From: Gemmatimonadales bacterium | GTDB lineage: Bacteria > Gemmatimonadota > Gemmatimonadetes > Gemmatimonadales > GWC2-71-9 | Direction of reading: 5' to 3' | Assembly (NCBI GenBank): GCA_046757925.1 | Contig: JBHHZE010000002.1 | Span: 11,117-75,116 of the forward strand | Length of the DNA: 64,000 nucleotides | Shown here: one piece after another, positions 39,643-47,611 of the stretch | Position numbering within the stretch: position 1 is the stretch's first letter | How the letters are laid out: each line of letters starts with the position of its first letter | Translations under genes and position numbers: made by a program | The notes under the pieces: generated by a model | Databases searched by the model: none | Told to the model about the DNA's origin: nothing | The model's input: the letters and a program-made list of their open reading frames with translations, nothing else

Positions 39643-40266
39643 TTATCCGGGCGCCGACTGGCTGTCAACCGCCCGTTGCTGAATCTGCTCCCAGGCTGCC
39701 AGCGCCCGTTCTCTCAACTGCTCCTCGGTGCCGTCGTTCTCTATGATGAGATCACTCCGAGGGCGTTTCAGTTCTGCCGGCATCTGAGACGCGATCAGTC
39801 GATCGGTGTCATCCTCGCTCAGTCCACGTAGCTCCATGAGGCGGCGGCGGCGCACCTCCGTGGGTGCGTCCACGAGCACGACCAGATCGAAATCTCTTGG
39901 GTCTAGAACTTCGAAGAGAAGCGGGATGTCGTTTACGAGAATGTGCACTCCGCCGTCCGCAGCCTCGCGGGCCAGGTCGGCGCGCTGTCGTCGGACGGCA
40001 GGGTGGATGATGGCGTTCAGGGACGCCAATGCCTTGTCGTCAGCCAACACGATCCCTCGCAACGCCGCCCGGTCGAGTGACCCGTCTTCCTTCAGCACTT
40101 GCTTGCCAAAGCGCCTCGCGATTGCCGCCATGGTGTCAGTGCCTGGCTGCTGTGCCTCTCGGACGAGGGCATCGGCGTCTATGATCCTCGCTCCCCATTC
40201 CGCGAACCAGTTGAGCACGGTTGACTTGCCGGCCGCGACATTGCCAGTGAGGGCTACATTCAGCAC
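39643..40266 (-). CDS. coaE: dephospho-CoA kinase
   Basis: MLNVALTGNVAAGKSTV P-loop at the N-terminus and CoaE-like length and layout. Confidence 0.88.
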   Translation of the reverse strand: MLNVALTGNVAAGKSTVLNWFAEWGARIIDADALVREAQQPGTDTMAAIARRFGKQVLKEDGSLDRAALRGIVLADDKALASLNAIIHPAVRRQRADLAREAADGGVHILVNDIPLLFEVLDPRDFDLVVLVDAPTEVRRRRLMELRGLSEDDTDRLIASQMPAELKRPRSDLIIENDGTEEQLRERALAAWEQIQQRAVDSQSAPG

Positions 40267-40278
40267 GGGGATTCTCTA

Positions 40279-40884
40279 TTACAGGAAAGCTACCTGGCTT
40301 TGGTCTACCCTCGGCACTTCGTGACATGCTCGGCAGCGGGCTTCGTATTTCTCGCTACCGCCAACCATGATAGTGGGCGAATCGTAGAGCGCGGGCTTTC
40401 CATTGATGAGGCGTTGGTTCCTGCAGGCCGGCTCGCCGCATACGACGCATATGGCATGGAGCTTGTCGACCTGCTCGGCAACGGCCATGAGTTGCGGCAT
40501 CGAACCGAACGGCAGACCACGGAAGTCGGTATCGGTCCCCGCCAGGATGATGCGCCTCCCCTCGTTCGCCAGGAATGTGCAGACGTTCACTATCTCGCTG
40601 TCTAGGAATTGGGCCTCATCGATGGCGATGACTTCTGCGTCCGGCCTCGCTTCCCGAACGATCTCGCGCGCGGAATCGATGGGTTGGGCCTCAACCGTAA
40701 GTCCGTCGTGAGTCGTCACTGCTTGGACGCCGACATATCGGTCATCGAGGTGGGATTTGAAGACTTGAACGGTTCTCCGTGCTATGACGGCGCGCCTGAC
40801 GCGACGGATCATTTCCTCGCTCTTGCCCGAGAACATGACTCCCGCAATGACTTCAATATGGCCCGCACGCTCGCTGGGTGCCAC
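40279..40884 (-). CDS. tdk: thymidine kinase
   Basis: VIAGVMFSGKSEEMIRR P-loop, IDEAQFL, zinc-binding CVVCGEPA...CRAC. Confidence 0.93.
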   Translation of the reverse strand: MAPSERAGHIEVIAGVMFSGKSEEMIRRVRRAVIARRTVQVFKSHLDDRYVGVQAVTTHDGLTVEAQPIDSAREIVREARPDAEVIAIDEAQFLDSEIVNVCTFLANEGRRIILAGTDTDFRGLPFGSMPQLMAVAEQVDKLHAICVVCGEPACRNQRLINGKPALYDSPTIMVGGSEKYEARCRACHEVPRVDQSQVAFL

Positions 40885-41051
40885 GCTAGCGACCTTTCCA
40901 GATGGGTTGTCCTGAGGTTATCGCCAGCCCCCGGCAGAATCAAGACGCTTGCCAGAAGGGGGTCGAGTTACTACTTGTTTTGTGGTCTAATGGCCGCGCG
41001 GGGCGGGCACATGAGAGGATTTGGGACCAAACTTCAAAGACTGGGGGAAAG

Positions 41052-41339
41052 GTGAACAAGTCAGAGCTGGTGGATGCGATTGCGTCCAGAGCCGCACTCT
41101 CGAAGGCAGATGCGACCAGGGCCATCGAAGGGCTGTTCGGATCGGACGGCATCATTGCGGGCGAGCTGGCCAAGGGCGGGAAGGTGCAAATAACGGGATT
41201 TGGGAGTTTCGTGGCACGTGAGAGAGCTGCGCGAATCGGTCGGGACCCCCGAACCGGTCAATCTCTTCAGATCGCCGCTGCCACGGTGCCGGCCTTCAAG
41301 GCAGGACAGGCGCTGAAGGACGCGGTCAACAAGAAATAG
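41052..41339 (+). CDS. hup: HU-family DNA-binding protein
   Basis: VNKSELVDAIASRAALSKADATRAIEGLF...FGSFVARERAARIGRDPRTGQSLQIAA. GTG 41052 is preceded by GGGGAAAGG. The track's upstream extension to 40902 is non-homologous. Confidence 0.9.
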   Translation: MNKSELVDAIASRAALSKADATRAIEGLFGSDGIIAGELAKGGKVQITGFGSFVARERAARIGRDPRTGQSLQIAAATVPAFKAGQALKDAVNKK

Positions 41340-41377
41340 TTCCGGCGCCCAGCGTCCCGCCTTCGGATTGCAGGTGC

Positions 41378-42733
41378 CTATCGGCGGTCGAGCCGCGCTT
41401 TGATGCTCGTACCTCGGATTGCTATGCCGTTCAGGCCGTCCAGGGCCTTCGACACGGCCTCGGATCGCACCTCGACGAGCGAAAATCTGTCGCGCTGCTC
41501 GATCTTGCCAATCTGGTCTTTCGCCAGGCCTACGGCGTTTAACAGCGCCCCGACGATGTCACCGATTCTGACGTGATCTGCGCGGCCCGCGTTGATGCGA
41601 ACGCTGGCCCATGCCTCTTGCAGTTCATACTCGGCTTCGGCTCCGACGCCGGAAGTCGTGCCCCGTTGAGCGGCCAGAGCGGCCGCTACCACCGCGGGAT
41701 CGTATTCGTCGAACAAAGGTGCGAGCGTGAGCATAGCACCGGAGTTGTCGTGCTTCGCAATTGTGTCGCGAATCTGCTCGCGGAGCATTGCGGCGCGCTC
41801 GCGGGCCAAGTCTACTTCGGATTGCAGCCGGAACGCACGTGGCTTGAGTACCACCGACGAGAGGCTCGCGACCTGGGTGGGGCGAATCAACAGTAATACC
41901 TGGTCGGCCACCTCGGTCAATTTTTCGAGGATCTGACGCGTCGGAAGCTCCACCGAGATCGCCAGATCAGTCGGAGCGGGCGGATCGGTGTTCACTGAAA
42001 TTGCCGAATCGCAAAGCATCTCCTTCCAGGTCGGACTGCGAGCCTGGTCGGGATCCCAGATCACCACGGACCTGGGGTTCAGGATATCGAGTGCGGATCT
42101 CACCGCGCGGGACAGATGTAGAGAGTCGACGGCGGCATAGCGTATGGTAAGCTCTATCGGTTCGGAGATCGGGGCGGCCCGCGCGACAGGCGCTCGCCGA
42201 GCGTGACGGTCCAGAAAGTCGCTAATCTCCACCTCGTTTTCCGTTAACACTATTCGTTGCACGCCGCCCAGTTGGGATAGGGCGGTGTCCAGGGCTTCCG
42301 ATGAGCCAAGGGCGAACTGGGACCTGGGCCACGCAAGTACAATGCGCTTGACCGAGGTGAGATCTATGGCTGAGCGCCGCATGAGCTGGATGAAATCCGG
42401 TGCGGTGGCTATCAAGGTCGCTATTTCATGCCGTGCCAACAGGCGGGTCGTACGGGCAAAACCGGTGAGAGGGTGCACCTCTCCCAAGGGCTCGAGGGAT
42501 CGCAAGGCTCGCGCGCCGTCTTCCACTGTCGCGCGATCTGGGGCGAGGATGAGGGTGATTCCATTCGACGGTCCAAGGGTCCCGAGTTTCGCGAACAATG
42601 GAGCGGTGGTCCACCAAGCGGGCGGGCACACATATACCAAACTCTTTCCCGCACCCAGCGCTCCGCGCTGAGCGGCATCGAACTCCGGCGCAAATTCCCA
42701 AGACACTTCACCCTCGATTGTCAAAAAGGACAC
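41378..42733 (-). CDS. DEAD-box-helicase-like protein with degenerate catalytic motifs and an intact C-terminal DbpA-type RNA-binding domain
   Basis: C-terminus WASVRINAGRADHVRIGDIVGALLNAVGLAKDQIGKIEQRDRFSLVEVRSEAV matches the DbpA RBD pattern. The N-terminal part follows the DEAD-box order (GAGKS; LILAPDRA; ATAPDF), but DEAD is replaced by LAWP, SAT by TEN, and no HRIGRTGR is present. Confidence 0.65.
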   Translation of the reverse strand: MSFLTIEGEVSWEFAPEFDAAQRGALGAGKSLVYVCPPAWWTTAPLFAKLGTLGPSNGITLILAPDRATVEDGARALRSLEPLGEVHPLTGFARTTRLLARHEIATLIATAPDFIQLMRRSAIDLTSVKRIVLAWPRSQFALGSSEALDTALSQLGGVQRIVLTENEVEISDFLDRHARRAPVARAAPISEPIELTIRYAAVDSLHLSRAVRSALDILNPRSVVIWDPDQARSPTWKEMLCDSAISVNTDPPAPTDLAISVELPTRQILEKLTEVADQVLLLIRPTQVASLSSVVLKPRAFRLQSEVDLARERAAMLREQIRDTIAKHDNSGAMLTLAPLFDEYDPAVVAAALAAQRGTTSGVGAEAEYELQEAWASVRINAGRADHVRIGDIVGALLNAVGLAKDQIGKIEQRDRFSLVEVRSEAVSKALDGLNGIAIRGTSIKARLDRR

Positions 42734-42806
42734 CGACTACTGTGACTATGATGCTACCTTCCGAGTGTGCGGAGCGCAACTACGATGACGCAGAGGAGGA
42801 ACCGCG

Positions 42807-43604
42807 ATGGGCAGGCACTGGAATCAAGTGAAGTCGGCCTTGTACACTCGCATTCCGTGGCTGACAGAAGCCTACATCCGGCTCAAGGGCAAGCGCTGGG
42901 AGGATGCCATCCCGTCGCCGGGTCTCGCCAAGCCGGGGCGCCCGCTGGCAGAGGCGAAAGTCGGACTTCTTACCTCCGCCGGCGTACACCTCCACACGCA
43001 AGAACCGTTCGATATGATCAATCCCGAAGGTGATGCCACCTATCGCGTGATTCCGGAAGATGTAGCCGTGACCGATCTGCGGATCACGCACGACTACTAC
43101 GATCACGGCGCCGCCGACCGAGACGTGAACTGTGTTTTCCCACTGGAGCGGCTGCGCGAGATGGCGCGGGAGGGTATCCTCGGAGCGACGGCGCCCAGGC
43201 ACGTCGGTTTCATGGGCCACATTTTGGGCAGCGAGAGAGGGAAACTTGTTGCAAGGAGCGCCGGCGAGATCGCCGAGCTCTTCGCCGCCGACGGCGTCGA
43301 TATCGTCCTGGCTTCGCCCGGCTGACCTACGTGCCACCAGTCCGTGAGTCTGGTAGCCCGTAAAGTAGAGGCCCGCGGAATCGCGACGGTGGTGGTAAGC
43401 GTGATGCCAAGTGCCACGGCGGCACTGCCGGCGCCCCGGAACGTGGTCGTGCGGTTCAGGCTGGGGCAGGTATTTGGCGAGCCACAACGGAGGTTACAGC
43501 ACGTCACGATCATGCGGCACGCGCTCGAACTAGTGGAAACCGCGACGCAAACCGGGACCGTAGTCGAACTGCCGTATCGCTGGAAACGAAACAGCTACGG
43601 TTGA
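42807..43604 (+). CDS. GrdB-family (glycine/sarcosine/betaine/proline reductase protein-B-like) protein with an in-frame TGA at 43323-43325, predicted to encode selenocysteine
   Basis: GAGGAGGA SD 6 nt before ATG 42807. Track ORFs 42807..43325 and 43344..43604 share a frame and are separated only by one TGA. Read-through gives ...GVDIVLASPG-U-PTCHQSVSLVARKVEARGIATVVV..., which parallels the GrdB Sec region. Confidence 0.6.
43328..43362 (+). promoter_or_regulatory. SECIS-like imperfect hairpin starting 3 nt after the in-frame TGA
   Basis: 12 Watson-Crick pairs: 43328-31/43359-62, 43333-34/43356-57, 43336-40/43350-54 and 43342/43348. Three mismatches. 5-nt apical loop CGUGA. Confidence 0.4.
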
Positions 43605-43654
43605 ATTTGACATTCGATCGAGTCCGGGATCTTATTCTGGTGAGAGAGAATGCG

Positions 43655-44788
43655 ATGCTGCTAAGATCATCTATGTTGCTGGGCACGGTCCTCGCGGCCC
43701 TTGCCATCCAACTATCTGCCCAGGCCCGCAAGGGAGCTCGAGAATTGGGCGTCGTGGTGGGGATCCTTGCTCCGGGCCCGTGGAACGCCATTACAGATGT
43801 CACGGGAGTGCGCGTGGGGCACACAACTGTGGTCGACGGCGATTCCATCAACACCGGCGTTACGGTCGTTCTACCACCAGGTGAGAATCCATTTCAGAAC
43901 AAGGTGCCAGCGGCCGTCGCAGTCGGAAACGGATTCGGCAAGCTGATGGGGTTTACCCAGGTGAGAGAGCTGGGCGAGATCGAATCCCCTATAGTGCTAA
44001 CCTGCACGCTCTGCGTCCCGCGGGCGGGAGACGCGGTGCTCACATACTTGCTTTCTCTGCCGGGTAACGAGGAGGTACGCTCGGCCAATGTCGTTGTCGG
44101 CGAAACCAACGACGGGTTTCTCAGCCGCATCCGATTGCGGCCGATCGACGAGCAGGATGTGCTCTCGGCCATACGGGATGCGCGGTCGGGACCCGTGGAG
44201 CAGGGCAGCGTGGGTGCCGGCAGAGGCACTGTCGCCTTCGGATGGAAGGGTGGAATGGGTACCTCGAGCCGCCGGCTGCCGGGGAGCTTGGGAGGTTGGA
44301 CAGTTGGGGTGCTCGTACAAACCAACTTTGGGGGAGTCCTTACGATCGACGGGGCGCCCGTTGGTGAGGAACTCGGGAAGTATTACTTGCGGGACCGGCT
44401 GTCGGGGGGCCCACGGGAGGACTCGGGTGACGGGTCGATCATGATCGTGGTTGCGACCGATGCTCCGCTCGACAGCCGTAACCTGACCCGTGTCGCGCGA
44501 AGGGCGTTGGCGGGAGTGGCTCGGACGGGAAGTGCCATGACAAACGGATCTGGGGACTACGTGATTTCATTCAGTGCCGTGCCGGTGTCCCGGCTCGCGG
44601 CTGCTGGACCACTCGGCAACGACAGCATGAGCCCGATCTTCGAGGCGACCATCGAGGCCACCGAAGAGGCGATCTACAATTCGCTGTTTTACGCCACAAC
44701 GGTCAAGGGAGATCGTGGCGTGGTCGAGGCTCTACCGTTGGATGAAACTCTCGAGATACTGCACCGCTACGGGGTATTGAACCGATGA
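43655..44788 (+). CDS. DmpA/S58-family (P1) aminopeptidase, exported
   Basis: Signal peptide MLLRSSMLLGTVLAALAIQLSAQA from ATG 43655. GVRVGHTT, GVTVVLPP, ETNDG and IMIVVATDAPL are typical of DmpA/BapA-type Ntn hydrolases. Confidence 0.82.
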   Translation: MLLRSSMLLGTVLAALAIQLSAQARKGARELGVVVGILAPGPWNAITDVTGVRVGHTTVVDGDSINTGVTVVLPPGENPFQNKVPAAVAVGNGFGKLMGFTQVRELGEIESPIVLTCTLCVPRAGDAVLTYLLSLPGNEEVRSANVVVGETNDGFLSRIRLRPIDEQDVLSAIRDARSGPVEQGSVGAGRGTVAFGWKGGMGTSSRRLPGSLGGWTVGVLVQTNFGGVLTIDGAPVGEELGKYYLRDRLSGGPREDSGDGSIMIVVATDAPLDSRNLTRVARRALAGVARTGSAMTNGSGDYVISFSAVPVSRLAAAGPLGNDSMSPIFEATIEATEEAIYNSLFYATTVKGDRGVVEALPLDETLEILHRYGVLNR

Positions 44789-45993
44789 CGTTCAAGCCCT
44801 CCCACAATCTGGGGCACCTCGAACCTTCGGCAACGGTCTCCATCAATCAAGAGGCGCAAAGACGTCGGTCCGCCGGCGAGGACATCCTCGACCTGTCGGC
44901 TGGTGAGCCGGATTTCGGGACTCCAAAGATCATTGCCGAGGCCGGTATCAAGGCGATACAACAGGGGAAGACTCACTATCCGCCGAACGCCGGGATTCTC
45001 GACCTACGGGCGGCGGTCGCCCGACAGCTTTCGCTCCTCTCGGGAGGACGCCCGGTCAACGCCGACAACATAGTTGTGTCCACTGGGGCCAAGCAGGCAC
45101 TGTTCAACGCGTGCTTCAGCCTGTTCGGGCCCGGCGACGAGGTACTGATACCCAGTCCGGCGTGGGTGTCCTATCCGCAAATCATCCATCTTGCCCGAGC
45201 GACGCCGGTCATGGTACCCGGTGACATCGAGTGGAGCCTAAAAGTCGGAGTGGATCAGCTCGACGCAGTGATGACTTCCAGGACCAGGGGCATCATTCTG
45301 TGTACGCCAGTCAATCCCACTGGTGCGGTTTACACCCGGGCGGAACTCAAGGCCATTCTCACTTGGGCGCGCGACCGGAAGCTGTGGGTGGTCTCGGACG
45401 AAATCTATCGCCGCATTCACTACGGCTCCGGTCCGGCGCCCTCCGTATTGGACTTTCCCGACGACTTGTTGGAGCACGTGGTCGTGATCTCCGGCGCCAG
45501 CAAATCATTCGCTATGACGGGCTGGCGCATCGGCTTTGCCCTGGCACCCGGTCCACTGGCCAATGCCATGGCCGCCCTGCAGACGCACGTGACGAGCGGC
45601 GCTTCGCAACCGTCGCAGTGGGCTGCCGCTGCGGCATTCGACGATCCGCGGGTCGATCTGGAGGTAGAGCAAATGGTCGGTGAGTTTCGCCGACGCCGCG
45701 ATCTAGTAGTCGAACATTTCCATGACAACATTCCGGGTGTTGAGTTCGTAGATCCACTCGGCGCGTTTTATCTGTTTTTCCGTGTCGACAGTTACTTCGG
45801 TGGCGAGATCCAATCGGCCAAGGGGTTCTGCGAACGACTTCTAGCCGATCGGGGAGTTGCGGTGGTGCCGGGGGAGGCGTTTGGCGACGAGCGATGGGTG
45901 AGGTTGTCGTATGCAGCCTCGGAGAAGGATCTCTTGAGCGCACTCATGCGTGTGGCCGACTTCGTAAGTGCGCTCATGGTCCGGTCGGGCTGA
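44785..45993 (+). CDS. class I PLP-dependent aminotransferase (aspartate aminotransferase-like)
   Basis: GEPDFGTP, and PLP-lysine motif SGASKSFAMTGWRIGF. ATGA overlap with the upstream stop. Confidence 0.92.
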   Translation: MTFKPSHNLGHLEPSATVSINQEAQRRRSAGEDILDLSAGEPDFGTPKIIAEAGIKAIQQGKTHYPPNAGILDLRAAVARQLSLLSGGRPVNADNIVVSTGAKQALFNACFSLFGPGDEVLIPSPAWVSYPQIIHLARATPVMVPGDIEWSLKVGVDQLDAVMTSRTRGIILCTPVNPTGAVYTRAELKAILTWARDRKLWVVSDEIYRRIHYGSGPAPSVLDFPDDLLEHVVVISGASKSFAMTGWRIGFALAPGPLANAMAALQTHVTSGASQPSQWAAAAAFDDPRVDLEVEQMVGEFRRRRDLVVEHFHDNIPGVEFVDPLGAFYLFFRVDSYFGGEIQSAKGFCERLLADRGVAVVPGEAFGDERWVRLSYAASEKDLLSALMRVADFVSALMVRSG

Positions 45994-46025
45994 ACCAGCT
46001 TCCAGAAGCGAATTGGGAAGCTGCC

Positions 46026-46658
46026 GTGAATGAGAACGTGCTTGCCTGGATGGATCGCCTTTACGCGGTGGAGGATGACGTCCTCGAAGAAATACGCCAA
46101 AGGCACGAGAGAGAGAATCTTCCGCCGATCTGCATTTCGCCGAACGAAGCGAAGATCATAACCGTACTCCTGCGGGCGATTGGTGCGAAGCGAGTACTGG
46201 AGATCGGTACACTGGGAGGATACAGTGGGACGTGGATCGCTCGCGCACTACCCTCGGACGGCCGGCTTCACACCATCGAATGCAACCCGCGGCATGCGGC
46301 CATAGCGCGCGAGAACTTCCAATTTGCGGGAGTGTCGCACAAGATCGATCTCATCGAAGGGGATGCACTGGACGTGATCCGAGGACTGAAACCGGAATTC
46401 GACGCCGTGTTCTTGGATGCAGACAAGGAGCGGTTGGAAACCTACTACCGGATGTCCTTCGACCTGCTCCGGATCGGTGGATTACTCTTGTGTGATAACG
46501 TATTCATGAATGGAAGGATCGCAGACTCCACCGACGAAGCCTTGGACGTAGAGGGCGCTCGCGCGTTCAGTCGGGTTGCATCCGGTGATCCCAGGCTCAT
46601 GGCCGCGACTATTCCCGTCCGGGACGGCCTTGCGGTGGGAGTAAAGGTCGCCAACTGA
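46026..46658 (+). CDS. class I SAM-dependent O-methyltransferase (family 3, caffeoyl-CoA OMT-like)
   Basis: VLEIGTLGGYSGTWIA (SAM motif I), IECNP, FDAVFLDADKE. The start is uncertain (GTG 46026 or ATG 46050). The track's 45894 start overlaps the aminotransferase. Confidence 0.85.
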   Translation: MNENVLAWMDRLYAVEDDVLEEIRQRHERENLPPICISPNEAKIITVLLRAIGAKRVLEIGTLGGYSGTWIARALPSDGRLHTIECNPRHAAIARENFQFAGVSHKIDLIEGDALDVIRGLKPEFDAVFLDADKERLETYYRMSFDLLRIGGLLLCDNVFMNGRIADSTDEALDVEGARAFSRVASGDPRLMAATIPVRDGLAVGVKVAN

Positions 46659-46729
46659 GAGGAGGCCGTCTGGCGGCCCAGTCTTCGAAGAATCTTCTCG
46701 ATAGCGCAATCCGCAGCGTCGGCGGTGTT

Positions 46730-47611
46730 GTGGGAGCAGGTGCTATCCTCAGTCACGTCCCGGAACCCATACGCAGGCCCTTTGGATCGGCGGAGCTGGT
46801 CGAAACCAAGCGGCTCGAAGCTATTCCGGTGGGCGAGCCCGTTGCCGAGCCCCCGGCTGCGGGGTTCCTAGACGGTATTCAACGCTACTCGCTTGCAGGA
46901 AGACTGGGCCTGAACCCGGTTGTGCGCGCGCACGTTGCAGCGGCCGTGCTGGCTAGATCGGACGGCGAACTCCGAGTTGCGTCGGAAGATGACGAGCAGT
47001 TCGTCGCAGTTCCGCTCGATCGATTGTCCGAACGACAGCGACAGCGACTGGCAGAAGTTGGAATGCCCATTCACGACTGTGGTGCTGATGCGCGTGCCCA
47101 CCCATTTCTGGATCTGCAGCGGGCGGCTGAGCTCGTTCAGCAACGCCGCGAATTGCTGGAAGTCCGCGTGGCCCGTGAGTACGCCAGGTCGTCCCATGCC
47201 GGATGGTTGGTGGTGGACGGGTCAATAATGGGTCACGATCTGGATTGCCGCATCCTGGGGGTGATAAAGAGTCACGAAACCCAATTCTTTGAAGGTGAAG
47301 AACTCGAGACCGCCCTCACTCTTGCACCGGGCTGCCGAACGAGCGTGTTTGCTCGTATTGTGCAAGGACGGGGTAGAGTGCACAGTTGGTATCTCAGGCT
47401 TTGGCCATGGGAGGAACACGATCTCTTGTACGGATTATTGCGAATAGAGTGCATGTGCAGGGAGCCGGTGCAGGAAGCGACGGAAGTAAGCCGCTGGTTA
47501 CTTGCCGAACGTGCTCCCCTGTCAGCACCTGACGGGAGATGGGATCGCCTCATTTATCCGATCAGACAGGTGGAAGAATATCTCCGCGCGCGCACGGGCG
47601 GATGGATATGA
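46730..47611 (+). CDS. nurA: NurA-like nuclease
   Basis: Acidic motifs in NurA order: GFLDGIQ, ELLEVRVARE, WLVVDGSI, plus C-terminal RLIYPIRQVEEYL. It sits immediately upstream of herA and overlaps it. Confidence 0.6.
   Translation: MGAGAILSHVPEPIRRPFGSAELVETKRLEAIPVGEPVAEPPAAGFLDGIQRYSLAGRLGLNPVVRAHVAAAVLARSDGELRVASEDDEQFVAVPLDRLSERQRQRLAEVGMPIHDCGADARAHPFLDLQRAAELVQQRRELLEVRVAREYARSSHAGWLVVDGSIMGHDLDCRILGVIKSHETQFFEGEELETALTLAPGCRTSVFARIVQGRGRVHSWYLRLWPWEEHDLLYGLLRIECMCREPVQEATEVSRWLLAERAPLSAPDGRWDRLIYPIRQVEEYLRARTGGWI

Noticed and set aside
42807-43604. Alternative reading of the TGA-split GrdB-like gene as a pseudogene or as two genuine small genes.
   Set aside because: I have not fully excluded this, but I rank it lower for four reasons. 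There is a single stop and no frameshift. The stop falls exactly at the family's Sec position within UxxC. There is a strong SD only before the first ORF and none before the GTG at 43344. A long hairpin sits directly 3' of the TGA.
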